From the NCBI GenBank assembly GCA_964016885.1, contig OZ024758.1:11532001-11596000 (forward strand): DNA of 64,000 nt. Reading direction: 5' to 3'. Shown piece after piece: positions 1 to 14,424 of this stretch. Origin of the DNA: Eledone cirrhosa (lineage: Eukaryota). A model generated the notes under the pieces. The model ran no database searches. It was not told the origin of the DNA and was given only the letters and a program-made list of their open reading frames with translations. The stretch's first letter is position 1, and each line of letters begins with the position of its first letter. The translations under genes and the position numbers were made by a program.

Positions 1-70
1 GAAATACACCATGAAGTAACATGATAGAGGCCAGATACTCTGGTAAACTGTGGATCTCTGATGGCAGCTG

Positions 71-1620
71 AAGAGTGATACTTATTAATGATAGCATGGT
101 ATTGTAGAGGTCAGATTTCCTGGTTAAATGTGGACCTCTGAAGAGTGATACTTGTTAATGATAGCATGGTATTGTAGAGGTCAAATTTCCTGGTTAAATG
201 TGGACCTCTGAAGAGAGATACTTGTTAATGATAGCATGGTATTGTAGAGGTCAAATTTCCTGGTTAAATCTGGACCTCTGAAGAGAGATACTTGTTAATG
301 ATAGCATGGTATTGTAGAGATCAAATTTCCTGGTAAACTGTGGATCTCGGTAGAGAGATACTTGTTAATGATAGCATGGTATTGTAGAGGTCAAATTTCC
401 TGGTAAACTGTGGACCTCTGAAGAGAGATACTTGTTAATGATAGCATGGGATTGTAGAGGTCAAATTTCCTGGTTAACTGTGGATCTCTGTAGAGTGATA
501 CTTGTTAATGATAGCATGGGATTGTAGAGGTCACATTTCCTGGTTAACTGTGGACCTCTGAAGAGTGATACTTGTTAATGATAGCATGGTATTGTAGAGG
601 TCAAATTTCCTGGTCAACTGTGGATCTCTGTAGAGAGATACTTGTTAAAGATAGCATGGGATTGTAGAGGTCAAATTTCCTGGTTAACTGTGGACCTCTG
701 AAGAGTGATACTTGTTAATGATAGCATGGGATTGTAGAGGTCAAATTTCCTGGTTAACTGTGGACCTCTGAAGAGAGATACTTGTTAATGATAGCATGGT
801 ATTGTAGAGGTCAAATTTCCTGGTAAACTGTGGATCTCTGTAGAGAGATACTTGTTAATGATAGCATGGTATTGTAGAGGTCAAATTTCCTGGTTAACTG
901 TGGACCTCTGAAGAGAGATACTTGTTAATGATAGCATGGGATTGTAGAGGTCAAATTTCCTGGTTAAATGTGGACCTCTGTAGAAAGATACTTGTTACTG
1001 ATAGCATGGGATTGTAGAGGTCAAATTTCCTGGTTAACTGTGGACCTCTGAAGAGTGATACTTGTTAATGATAGCATGGTATTGTAGAGGTCAAATTTCC
1101 TGGTTAACTGTGGACCTCTGAAGAGAGATACTTGTTAATGATAGCATGGTATTGTAGAGGTCAAATTTCCTGGTTAACTGTGGACCTCTGAAGAGTGATA
1201 CTTATTAATGATAGCATGGTATTGTAGAGGTCAAATTTCCTGGTTAACTGTGGACCTCTGAAGAGAGATACTTGTTACTGATAGCATGGGATTGTAGAGG
1301 TCAAATTTCCTGGTTAAATGTGGACCTCTGTAGAAAGATACTTGTTACTGATAGCATGGGATTGTAGAGGTCAAATTTCCTGGTTAACTGTGGACCTCTG
1401 AAGAGTGATACTTGTTAATGATAGCATGGTATTGTAGAGGTCAAATTTCCTGGTTAACTGTGGACCTCTGAAGAGAGATACTTGTTAATGATAGCATGGT
1501 ATTGTAGAGGTCAAATTTCCTGGTTAACTGTGGACCTCTGAAGAGTGATACTTATTAATGATAGCATGGTATTGTAGAGGTCAAATTTCCTGGTTAACTG
1601 TAGAAACATACTTGTTATAG
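71..1620. repeat. 70-bp minisatellite, about 22 copies
   Basis: Unit aagagtgatacttgttaatgatagcatggtattgtagaggtcaaatttcctggttaactgtggacctctg recurs every 70 bp (e.g. 141, 211, 281). Confidence 0.97.
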
Positions 1621-1699
1621 TTCATCTTTGTAATGTTAATATCACTATATTAACATATCTTGAAATATTGTTGTAACCATAACAGATGCACACAAACTC

Positions 1700-2970
<1,271 letters not shown>

Positions 2971-3352
2971 AAAAAGACAAATTCTTAATAAACGTATCAG
3001 TATTGATTTAGTCAGTATAAGTTTTTTTTTCTGTTATCAGATATGCTTGCTGTTGAATTTAAGGAGATCCTTTTAAGGATAGAGTGTCTTCTTTTTTAAC
3101 AAAGCATTTTGATGACATAAATTAATGATTCATAACATTTAAATATTGTTAATTGTTTTTGTTATGTTTTGTTACAAGTTTCATATAATGTTTATTTTAA
3201 CGTTTTTTTTCCTTTTTTTGTTCAGAATTAGAAAATATATTGAAGTTGAGATTTATACATAGTAATTGTTTCTAGATTTATACATAGTAATACACTTCCG
3301 CTTGTTGTGTCGGTATGTCACTTTGTGTTTTAATATAAATTCATTTGTTCAC

Positions 3353-3427
<75 letters not shown>

Positions 3428-3974
3428 CACTAATATGTACACATACACACAAAAGCTCACAGACAAAGTGGCATAAATATTCAAACATATAGACACATTC
3501 AAACACACAGAAACTCACACATATACATACAGAAACTCACACACATACACACACACAGAGGCACAAAGAGACACAATATAGACACATACACACACATACA
3601 CACACATACACACACAGAGACAGAAACTCACACACATACTCATAGGAACTCACACACATACTCACAGAAGCTCACACACATAATCACAGAAGCTCACACA
3701 CATACTCACAGAAGCTCACACACACACTTACAGAAGCTGACACACATACTCACAGAAACTTACACACAGAAATTTACACATATACACACAGAAATTTACA
3801 CATATACACACAGAAATTTACACATATACACAGAAATTTACACACATACACAGAGAAACTCACACATATACGCACACACAAACTTACACAGACAAATACA
3901 CAGACACACACTCAGTCACATACACATACACAAACACAACACTCACAGATGCACACGCTCATACACAGACACAT

Positions 3975-4009
<35 letters not shown>

Positions 4010-4220
4010 GACACACACACACACAGACAGACAGTCACACACACACAGACAGACACAAACACAGACACACACACACACAGACGCAAACAACACAGACGCA
4101 CACACACAGAAAGACACAAACACAGACACATACACACATACACACACACACACATGACACACAGCGACACAACGTACACACCGACTCAAACATACACACA
4201 CATACATACACACACATCTA
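3353..4220. repeat. (CT)n plus degenerate CA-rich repeat with about 20-bp cagaagctcacacacatact subunits
   Basis: Direct reading. Confidence 0.85.
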
Positions 4221-4349
4221 ACCACTTCTTGTTTCTGATTCCAAGAGTTGTGTATCCAATCTTCTCAATTATTATTATAGTGATCGACTATTAATTTAAT
4301 CATTTGCTTTGGGACGTACACATTACGAATTTAAACGTATTTTAATGCT

Positions 4350-5891
4350 TCAGAAACCAACCATCTTGTTTCCACTTCCAACTCCACCTTCAAAATCTTC
4401 TCAGAAACCAACCATCTTATTTCCACTTCCAACTCCACCTTCAAAATCTTCTCAGAGACCAACCATCTTGTTTCCTCTTCCAACTCCACCTTCAAAATCT
4501 TCTCGGAAACCAACCATCTTGTTTCCACTTCCAACTCCACCTTCAAAATATTCTCAGAAACCAACCATCTTGTTTCCTCTTCCAACTCCACCTTCAAAAT
4601 CTTTTTCAGAAACCAACCATCTTGTTTCCTCTTCCAACTCCACCTTCAACATCTTCTCAGAAACCAACCATCTTGTTTCCTCTTCCAACTCCACCTTCAA
4701 AATCTTCTCAGAAACCAACCATCTTGTTTCCTCTTCCAACTCCACCTTCAAAATCTTTTTCAGAAACCAACCATCTTGTTTCCTCTTCCAACTCCACCTT
4801 CAAAATCTTCTCAGAAACCAACCATCTTGTTTCCACTTCCAACTCCACCTTCAAAATCTTTTTCAGAAACCAACCATCTTGTTTCCTCTTCCAACTCCAC
4901 CTTCAAAATCTTCTCAGAAACCAACCATCTTGTTTCCTCTTCCAACTCCACCTTCAAAATCTTCTCAGAAACCAACCATCTTTTTTCCTCTTCCAACTCC
5001 ACCTTCAAAATCTTTTTCAGAAACCAACCATCTTGTTTCCTCTTCCAACTCCACCTTCAAAATCTTTTTCAGAAACCAACCATCTTGTTTCCTCTTCCAA
5101 CTCCACCTTCAAAATCTTCTCAGAAACCAACCATCTTGTTTCCTCTTCCAACTCCACCTTCAAAATCTTCTCAGAAACCAACCATCTTGTTTCCTCTTCC
5201 AACTCCACCTTCAAAATCTTCTCAGAAACCAACCATCTTGTTTCCTCTTCCAACTCCACCTTCAAAATCTTCTCAGAAACCAACCATCTTTTTTCCTCTT
5301 CCAACTCCACCTTCAAAATCTTTTTCAGAAACCAACCATCTTGTTTCCTCTTCCAACTCCACTTTCAAAATCTTCTCAGAAACCAACCATCTTGTTTCCT
5401 CTTCCAACTCCACCTTCAACATCTTCTCAGAAACCAACCATCTTGTTTCCTCTTCCAACTCCACCTTAAAAATCTTCTCAGAAACCAACCATCTTGTTTT
5501 CTCTTCGAACTCCACCTTCAAAATCTTCTCAGAAACCAACCATCTTGTTTCCACTTCCAACTCCACCTTCAAAATCCTTTTCAGAAACCAACCATCTTGT
5601 TTCCTCTTCCAACTCCACCTTCAAAATCTTTTTCAGAAACCAACCATCTTGTTTCCTCTTCCAACTCCACCTTCAAAATCTTCTCAGAAACCAACCATCT
5701 TGTTTCCTCTTCCAACTCCACCTTCAAAATCTTCTCAGAAACCAACCATCTTGTTTCCTCTTCCAACTCCACCTTCAAAATCTTCTCAGAAACCAACCAT
5801 CTTATTTCCACTTCCAACTCCACCTTCAAAATCTTCTCAGAAACCAACCATCTTGTTTCCTCTTCCAACTCCACCTTCAAAATCTTCTCAA
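4350..5891. repeat. 51/52-bp minisatellite, about 30 copies
   Basis: Unit tcagaaaccaaccatcttgtttcctcttccaactccaccttcaaaatcttc. Interspersed 52-bp variants shift the reading frames. Confidence 0.97.
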
Positions 5892-5916
5892 AAGAGAGCA
5901 AAGGTGGGTCGTCTGC

Positions 5917-5990
5917 GACTCTTTAACGTAGTGGTTAACTCACTCGCACAGCTTCTGAGATATTACGTGTTCGATCCCTTGCTGGTACAT
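5917..5990 (+). mobile_element. degenerate tRNA-derived SINE head
   Basis: A-box-like taacgtagtgg and B-box gttcgatcc at tRNA-like spacing. Confidence 0.35.
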
Positions 5991-6080
5991 CTGGCCCCTT
6001 TCTTCCGCTTCCATGACGGTCTTCCGCGATTTTCTCAAATATTGTATAAACTCATCAATTATTGGTATTGGATGCACTAC

Positions 6081-6083
<3 letters not shown>

Positions 6084-6152
<69 letters not shown>

Positions 6153-6240
6153 CTCTCTCTCTCTCCCTCTCTCTCTCTCTCTCTTTCTTTCTCTCTCTCT
6201 CTTTCTCTCTCAATGGCCTCAGCCGAATGGCTAGATCAGG

Positions 6241-6331
<91 letters not shown>

Positions 6332-6419
6332 TATACATTCATAATACATATATACACATAGAATACATACATATATATATATACATTTATATATATATAC
6401 ATACATACAATACATACAT

Positions 6420-6454
<35 letters not shown>

Positions 6455-6731
6455 CATACATACATTCATACATACATATATACACATACATTCATACATA
6501 TATATATATATATACACATAGAATACATACATATATATATACATTTATATATATATATATACATACATACAATACATACATACATTCAAACATATATATA
6601 TATATACACATAGAATACATACATATATATATATATACATTTTTATATATATATACATACATACAATACATACATACATACATGCGTATATATATATATA
6701 TATATATATATATGCATACATACATATATAC

Positions 6732-6792
<61 letters not shown>

Positions 6793-6811
6793 TACATACA
6801 TACATACATAC

Positions 6812-6843
<32 letters not shown>

Positions 6844-6888
6844 GCATACATACATATATACATATGCATAGGTATATATATATACGTG

Positions 6889-6930
<42 letters not shown>
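6084..6930. repeat. (CT)n, (TA)n/(TACA)n and (TG)n microsatellite block
   Basis: Direct reading. Confidence 0.9.
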
Positions 6931-6931
<1 letters not shown>

Positions 6932-7091
6932 AAATAACATACGTAGTGACTTCTTGTCAAAGACTCTTAAGTCAATTAGCACAACATACATCATAATGGC
7001 AAGACCAAGAAACTACCTCTTAGACAACAATAATTCTTAAAAGAAGGACCTGCAAACTATACATTGTCAGGCCGTCGGCAACTGAATCGGC

Positions 7092-7986
7092 AATGTTATT
7101 AAGTTTATTTTAATCTTCGTGTCTGATGGGTAAAGCACCCTCCCACTCTAGTTTTTGCGTTCTTCATATTTTCTGCAGGAAATGTTATTAAGTTTATTTT
7201 AATCTTCGTGTCTGATGGGTGAAGCACTCTCCCACTCTAGTTTTTGCGTTCTTCATATTTTCTGCAGGAAATGTTATTAAGTTTATTTTTAATCTTCGTG
7301 TCTGATGGGTGAAGCACTCTCCCACTCTAGTTTTTGCGTTCTTCATATTTTCTGCAGGAAATGTTATTAAGTTTATTTTAATCTTCGTGTCTGATGGGTG
7401 AAGCACTCTCCCACTCTAGTTTTTGCGTTCTTCATATTTTCTGCAGGAAATGTTATTAAGTTTATTTTTAATCTTCGTGTCTGATGGGTGAAGCACTCTC
7501 CCACTCTAGTTTTTGCGTTCTTCATATTTTCTGCAGGAAATGTTATTAAGTTTATTTTTAATCTTCGTGTCTGATGGGTGAAGCACTCTCCCACTCTAGT
7601 TTTTGCGTTCTTCATATTTTCTGCAGGAAATGTTATTAAGTTTATTTTAATCTTCGTGTCTGATGGGTGAAGCACTCTCCCACTCTAGTTTTTGCGTTCT
7701 TCATATTTTCTGCAGGAAATGTTATTAAGTTTATTTTTAATCTTCGTGTCTGATGGGTGAAGCACTCTCCCACTCTAGTTTTTGCGTTCTTCATATTTTC
7801 TGCAGGAAATGTTATTAAGTTTATTTTAATCTTCGTGTCTGATGGGTGAAGCACTCTCCCACTCTAGTTTTTGCGTTCTTCATATTTTCTGCAGGAAATG
7901 TTATTAAGTTTATTTTAATCTTCGTGTCTGATGGGTGAAGCACTCTCCCACTCTAGTTATTGCGTTTTTCATATTTTCTGCAGGAA
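7092..7986. repeat. 89/90-bp minisatellite, 10 near-identical copies
   Basis: Unit aatgttattaagtttattttaatcttcgtgtctgatgggtgaagcactctcccactctagtttttgcgttcttcatattttctgcagga. Confidence 0.97.
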
Positions 7987-8104
7987 CCCATTTGAAAGGG
8001 TCGTTAGAGTGGCAGTATCTTCTCGGGGAGAAGGCAGAATGCATGGTAAATGAAATATTTTCTCTGCTACCTTGTTACACTGCATTGCAAAGTGATAGTT
8101 GAGA

Positions 8105-8145
<41 letters not shown>

Positions 8146-8164
8146 ATATGTATATATGTATGTT

Positions 8165-8275
<111 letters not shown>

Positions 8276-8280
8276 ATATG

Positions 8281-8361
<81 letters not shown>

Positions 8362-8373
8362 GTATATATGTAT

Positions 8374-8421
<48 letters not shown>

Positions 8422-8422
8422 T

Positions 8423-8489
<67 letters not shown>

Positions 8490-8562
8490 CTGTGTGTGTG
8501 TGTATGTGAGTGCATTGTAGGTGTAGTGCATATATGTATGTGTGCGTATCATTTCATGTATT

Positions 8563-8603
<41 letters not shown>

Positions 8604-8675
8604 TTGACAACGGATGCATGTGTCATCATTAGTCGGTTTGTCTGATATTGATGATCAATATTATTAATATCATTT

Positions 8676-8726
<51 letters not shown>

Positions 8727-8784
8727 TATTATTATTATATTATTATTATTGTTATTGTTATTTTTATCATTATTATTGTTATTA

Positions 8785-9799
8785 TTATGATGAGGATGGT
8801 GAGCCCCTTAATGAGATAGTTGGATAGTCAGATTTCTTACTGAGTGATGCATGACCGTTTGTGTAAAAACAGAACATAACCGCCAGTGTTTCACGGAAAT
8901 ATTTGTTCATAACGCAATATAATATGAAATTAGCAGAGAAGTTCAAAGCTTGCATGAAATTTGTAATATCCCGTATGACATCTGAGAGCGCACTGTCGAC
9001 TTGGGCTAAATCGAAGGAGAATTTTAATATCTCAGATGGAGAAACTAACACGAGAAACATGACTACAATTGAAACAAGCGTGGCTGTAACACTATTTAAA
9101 GCAGTTTCTGTATGTCGGCGTCGATGGGTAACAGACTGAGAACGCATAGAACGACCTTCAGTTCGAAGATGTGCTTCAATCTCTGCTCCTCGTACAACCC
9201 TCTCATCACGAAAAATAGAGTTGTTTTCCGGTCGTAATGACAATTCAGTTGACGAAGGTTTACCAATTCCGCCAACCGTTGATGCACATCCGCTATGAGA
9301 CTTTTGTTTATGACGATGGCTAGAATACGAGGAATTGCGATTTATTGTACCACGTCGTTCATCATTCAAGGGTGCCATATTCATTCGTAATTTCTTCGCT
9401 CGTTTTATACTGTAAATCAAACAGGTATTAAAATAGATTAGCAGGCCACACGGTACTAAATCAAATAGCACTGACCAGCAAAGTCGCCGTATGACAGTGA
9501 CATTGTCATCGAAATACTTGTCAATTTTATAAAACACTTGTCCTTCTAAATTCTTCATCACAATCATACGCTCCATGAATATTGGTGTGGTTGCTAGCGC
9601 GCAACCGATAAATACCATAGTAATGATAATCCTCGTCCGCCGCAGCGATATAATGCGGCGAGCCTTAAATGGATGGCAAACTGCTAAATACCGCTCCGCC
9701 GCCATGTAAACGATCATCATGGTGCTTGCAATTATGAAAATAGTGATGGACGGACTCAACAACCATTCGAAGTAGAGTAGTATGCTTCTGCTTTTGTAG
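8785..9799 (-). CDS. class A GPCR (FMRFamide/sex-peptide-receptor-like), coding exon 2 (TM3-TM7 and C-tail)
   Basis: Motifs AERYLAVCHP (TM3), TM5 LVPCGLLIYFN, TM6 FLVLVSP and TM7 NFSANFILY. The acceptor tcctcttctttctcattgcag|C at 9800/9799 gives phase 2, matching exon 1. TAA stop at 8787-8785. Confidence 0.93.
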
Positions 9800-9827
9800 C
9801 TGCAATGAGAAAGAAGAGGAAGGTCTG

Positions 9828-9983
<156 letters not shown>

Positions 9984-9984
9984 T

Positions 9985-10112
9985 AATTTATTAAAATAAC
10001 AGATTAAAGTTTAAGCAAAGAATCGCTGCTTTCACCCTTAACGGGATCTTCTACGGTTTTTATATATATTATCCTTTATCGAGCCCTCTTCGGATTTTAG
10101 TCTTCACATTTA

Positions 10113-10122
<10 letters not shown>
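9985..10122. mobile_element. inverted pair of 3'-terminal fragments of a dispersed Penelope-like repeat
   Basis: 9985-10051 matches the reverse complement of about 31580-31650 and matches 37340-37400. 10050-10122 matches 61211-61292 and the reverse complement of 30808-30885. Confidence 0.6.
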
Positions 10123-10193
<71 letters not shown>

Positions 10194-10199
<6 letters not shown>

Positions 10200-10587
10200 T
10201 AATAAAAACAATGAAATAGAAACAAAGAACAAGTTCCTTACATTAAACAAGTTCTTTATACTAAAAAATTCCTAATTTTACGATCGTTTCTAGGATGTAT
10301 ATGTGTGTTGGTATGTATATTATATACATCTATGTAAAAATATTGCAAATTATCAGAGGAAATATACATACCTTCACATATAAATGCTGTCTTCAGAAGA
10401 CAGCATTTATATGTGAAGGTATGTATATTTCCTCTGATAATTTGTAATATTTTTACATAGATGTATATAATATACATACCAACACACATATACACACATA
10501 TACATCCTAGAAACGATCGTAAAATGATGAATTTTTAATATAAGGAACTTGTTCTTTGTTTTTATTTCATTGTTTTTATTAATTTAT
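10194..10587. repeat. about 390-bp palindrome with 1-nt loop inside the GPCR intron
   Basis: Centre gctgtcttc-A-gaagacagc at 10395. Arms are complementary out to ataaatt/aatttat with few mismatches and two small indels. Confidence 0.95.
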
Positions 10588-10711
10588 CTTGACTCTGTTT
10601 TCCTATGATTTTCATCGAACATTTTTGAATGCATCTTCTCTTTTCATGATATTTGGATTACATTGAGTTCTTCATACGTATTGGACACTACCGTATATTT
10701 TGGTATATTTA

Positions 10712-10792
<81 letters not shown>

Positions 10793-11041
10793 TTATAGAT
10801 GTATATATAATGTATTTTGCAATACACTTTATGCTTAATTAAAAGCATTTTGAAGACCGTAAGCTATTGTTTTAAAGTAGTGACAAATTCACTTACTTTG
10901 ATCTCAGCAAACAGGGGAAATAAGCCGACAAGACTTGTTTCGCTTTAGTTGAAGCTTATCAAGGCCAACTACTCCACCTGTCTACCGAGATCATTGATGT
11001 TATATTCTTATAGAAATCTAGTAAATAATCAGGAGCTCCAA

Positions 11042-11134
<93 letters not shown>

Positions 11135-11185
11135 GATATATATAAGAGTATAAGAAGTCAATTAATCAATGTTTTAAATACTTAC

Positions 11186-11478
11186 CATTCATATCTAGGT
11201 ACTGAAGTAAAAAGTAAAGCCAACAGACAGAACATGAAATCGGAAAATGCCAATGCGATCATTCCGTAATGTGCAGACTTTTCCATTTTGGACAGGTTCC
11301 GTTGCATTTTCTCTCTGCTGAGAACAATCATATTTAACAAGTTGCCAAGTAATCCTATAACACAAACTGTTGGTACGCCAACATCCATAATTGCTTTGCT
11401 TATGGAAGACAGCATTACATTTTCTGAACTTTCTGGCCTCGTCGTTGTGTTTTGAAGAGTGCTGTTTGGGCAGTCCAT
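11186..11478 (-). CDS. class A GPCR, coding exon 1 (N-terminus, TM1-TM2)
   Basis: ATG at 11478, N-glycosylation sequons NST/NTT, TM1 GLLGNLLN, TM2 LAFSD. Donor TG|gtaagt at 11186/11185. The joined CDS is 1308 nt (435 aa), with junction codon TG+C = Cys. Confidence 0.92.
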
Positions 11479-11607
11479 GATTACCTGTGTTTAAATAGAA
11501 ATCTCGTTAGGAACCGACAAACTACATTTTGTTTTGTTTTAGTAAACAGTGGTTAAAAAGAATGACAAATAAATGACAATTTATTTCAGAAAAAGTAATG
11601 GTTTCTT

Positions 11608-11925
11608 GTGAAGGCACGTGGTTAGTGGTTAGACAGTTGGATTTTCAATCATGGGCTTGCGAATTCGATTCTCGGACCAGGTGATGCGTTGTGTCCTTGA
11701 GCAAGACACTTTATTTCTCGTTGCTCTTTCTGCCAGGAGTTGCGACAAGCAGATAGTATCAGCAATTCGAAAAACAAATGAAAACATTGTTTCCTTGGTC
11801 TGATTTGCTGAGATACACCTAGGAATGGTCTCTTTCCGGAGAAGAGATGGGCTCAGCTAAGTTTAAAAATGCTCCAGAAATGCCGTATGTCAGTATGGCG
11901 CCCATACAACCCCCTTAGGTGTTAT
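11608..11925 (+). mobile_element. tRNA-derived SINE, family B, plus shared tail module
   Basis: Head gtgaaggcacgtggttagtggttag...gaattcgattc, then gtgtccttgagcaagacacttt. Related copies at 16418-16560(+), 38365-38555(-) and 50850-51043(-). Confidence 0.8.
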
Positions 11926-12156
11926 CAGATCAAACAATGGTCATTTACATGGATTTAAGCACAATAATATTTTAAAAAAACAGTGTAATTAATAGAAAGA
12001 AATTCTATATGCTTAGAATAATAAAACATTAATTAAATTCCGTGATGAATTTGATTCATCACACACACACACATATATATATATATCAATATATATATAT
12101 ATATATCAACTTCCTTTTTCCTTTATATATATATATATATATCAACTTCCTTTTCC

Positions 12157-12224
<68 letters not shown>

Positions 12225-12295
12225 AAGAGGAAGTTGATTGACAATATATAAATATGGATATATATATATATATTTATGTATATATATGTATATAC

Positions 12296-12346
<51 letters not shown>

Positions 12347-12413
12347 CATCTTAAGTTGACCGTATAAGTTCTATTTTATGGATATGTCACAATTTTATAC
12401 ATCAAATATTGTC

Positions 12414-12469
12414 TTTTGTCTGAAGAGAGCATACTATTAACTAGTATCCTTGAAATATATATAACGAAA
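12414..12469 (+). ncRNA. type I hammerhead ribozyme (Penelope/retrozyme-type)
   Basis: TTTTGT-CTGAAGA-GAGCATACTA(ttaac)TAGTATCCTT-GAAA-TATATA-TA-ACGAAA. Stem I is TTTTGT/ACGAAA, stem II has one C-C mismatch, stem III is palindromic, and the cleavage site is UH = UA. Confidence 0.7.
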
Positions 12470-12504
12470 TAAATTATGATGGTATAGTGATATATTTTCC
12501 ATTT

Positions 12505-12764
12505 AAAAGGATTTGGAACTGCCATGAAGTCAAAGTGGTCCCGATTGTCATAGGTGCACTAGGTACTATTTCAAAAAAAGTTTCCAGGGATGGTTAAAGA
12601 AAATTGACCCCGCCCCGCTTTTTGGAACACTTCAAAAGGCATGCTTGCTGGGAACAGCAAGAACTCTCCGATACGTCCTGAATATCTGAGGCTGCAGGTA
12701 GTGGCTTCATATTCATTCCAACAAACTTTCCAATTAACTAACATCAATGACTGAGACTCAAAGA

Positions 12765-12838
<74 letters not shown>
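12505..12838 (+). mobile_element. Dong/R4-clade LINE 3' end with (TAA)n tail
   Basis: Translates with a frameshift as RIWNCHEVKVVPIVIGALGTISK...LQKACLLGTARTLRYVLNI*, the restriction-like endonuclease C-terminus typical of R4/Dong. Followed by (TAA)n. Confidence 0.85.
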
Positions 12839-12839
<1 letters not shown>

Positions 12840-12977
12840 TTTTCTTTATTAACCACAAGGGTTCACATAAAGTAGACATTAAGGACAGTACAGGACAATA
12901 CAGGACGGTACAAATGGGCATTTCTGCGTGTAAAAAAACAGAGCTTGAAATAAAATAACAAAATAATAATAATAATG

Positions 12978-13086
12978 ATTTCTACTATAGGCACAAGGCC
13001 AACAATTTGGGGGAAGGATAAGTCGATTAAATTGACCCCAGTGAATTACTGGTACTTTATTTATCAACCCCGAAAGGATGGAAAGC
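12978..13086 (-). mobile_element. SINE family A, 3' fragment
   Basis: tttctactataggcacaaggcc...ctggtactttatttatcaaccccgaaaggatg. Confidence 0.8.
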
Positions 13087-13199
13087 AATCCATCAGACAT
13101 ATTAATCAAGGACTGGAAAAAATACACATGGACACCGATGGACATCAGAATCATTTCAGACCAAAATATTGCCCCCCAAAACAGTATGATATGGTGCTG

Positions 13200-13508
13200 T
13201 AACTCCTGATGGAGTCGTAGGGACGCCGTGTTGGCATACGGCGTTTTTTTGGCATTTTAAGCTTGGTGGAGCCCATCTCATCTCCAGGCCCGAATACAGC
13301 AGATTTCTTCCAGAGAAGGATAGAAAGTGAGAGAATGGAAGAGAGAAAGAGATATAGAGGTAGAATTGACTCCAGTACTAGACTGGTACTTTTTTTTATC
13401 GACCTCGAAAGGATGAAAGGCAAAGTTTATTTTGGGGGTATTTGAATTCAGAGAGAGAGAGTAAAGAGGACGGAAGCAATACCGCAAGACATTCTATCCG
13501 ACGTTCTG
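13200..13508 (-). mobile_element. SINE family A variant with long alternative tail
   Basis: Core atcgacctcgaaaggatgaaaggcaaagt, plus a tail (13200-13320) shared with 11835-11925, 18460-18562 and 23592-23760. Confidence 0.75.
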
Positions 13509-14210
13509 TTAATTACAACCTTGAGATACTGGAGATACTTTATATACATCAAATAACCGCAACACTAACGAAATACAAAAATGAGATTATTACCGATGAG
13601 ATAATAATATCCAGTCCTATACACACAAGAAGAAACAATCTTTCATTGAGACTCATTATCAAGCCTTCACTGTTACTTAACTCTTCTTTCATTAACAGGT
13701 CTGTCGAACAGAACCATCAATGGTTAGAGATGTTACGATTAGACTATAATTCTATCTCTATATAGATAATACAAAAAGTACATCAAATTGAAAATAACAA
13801 ACAAACAAAAACAAAAAAAAAAAAACAAAAATAAGACATTTAAAATCTTTCATAAATTCAACCAAAACACAGAAAAGTCTTTATGAATTTAGAGAAATGT
13901 GACTAAGCAACAATAATAAAAATAACACAAACAACAAATAAGTGAAATAAAATAAAATCGAGAATTAATTCCGAATTAGAAACAGACATCGCAATCAAAC
14001 AATTAAACTAGAACCAGCTAAACAAATGCGGAGGAGTAGATGAAACTGATAGCGAAAAATAATACAGAAATGAAAGAGAAAATTTAAAAAAAGAGTTTTA
14101 CAAAAGAACGAGAATAATAATAGAAACTGAGCTAAAAATAAAACTAACATTATATCAATATTTGGTCGACACTGTGTGTGGAATATTTCTAGATTTCTAT
14201 GATATATACT

Positions 14211-14318
14211 TGTTTCTACTTTTGGCACAAGGCCAGCAATTACCCAGTACATTACTGGTACTTTATTTTATCGACCCCGTAAGGATGAAAGGCAAAGTTA
14301 ACCTCGGCGGGATTTCAA
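14211..14318 (-). mobile_element. SINE family A, 5'-truncated
   Basis: Matches the family A 3' half. Flanked by duplicated gacactgtgtgtggaatatttctagatttctat (about 14168 and 14348). Confidence 0.85.
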
Positions 14319-14424
14319 TGATATATAATGTACTTCTCTCCCACACAGACACTGTGTGTGGAATATTTCTAGATTTCTATATAGTGCTCCCCCCACCGAC
14401 AGTGTTTGGAATAATTCTATATTA

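Noticed and set aside
4309-6344. 386-522 aa repetitive ORFs
   Set aside because: Translation of the 51/52-bp array with frame switching and no unique domain.
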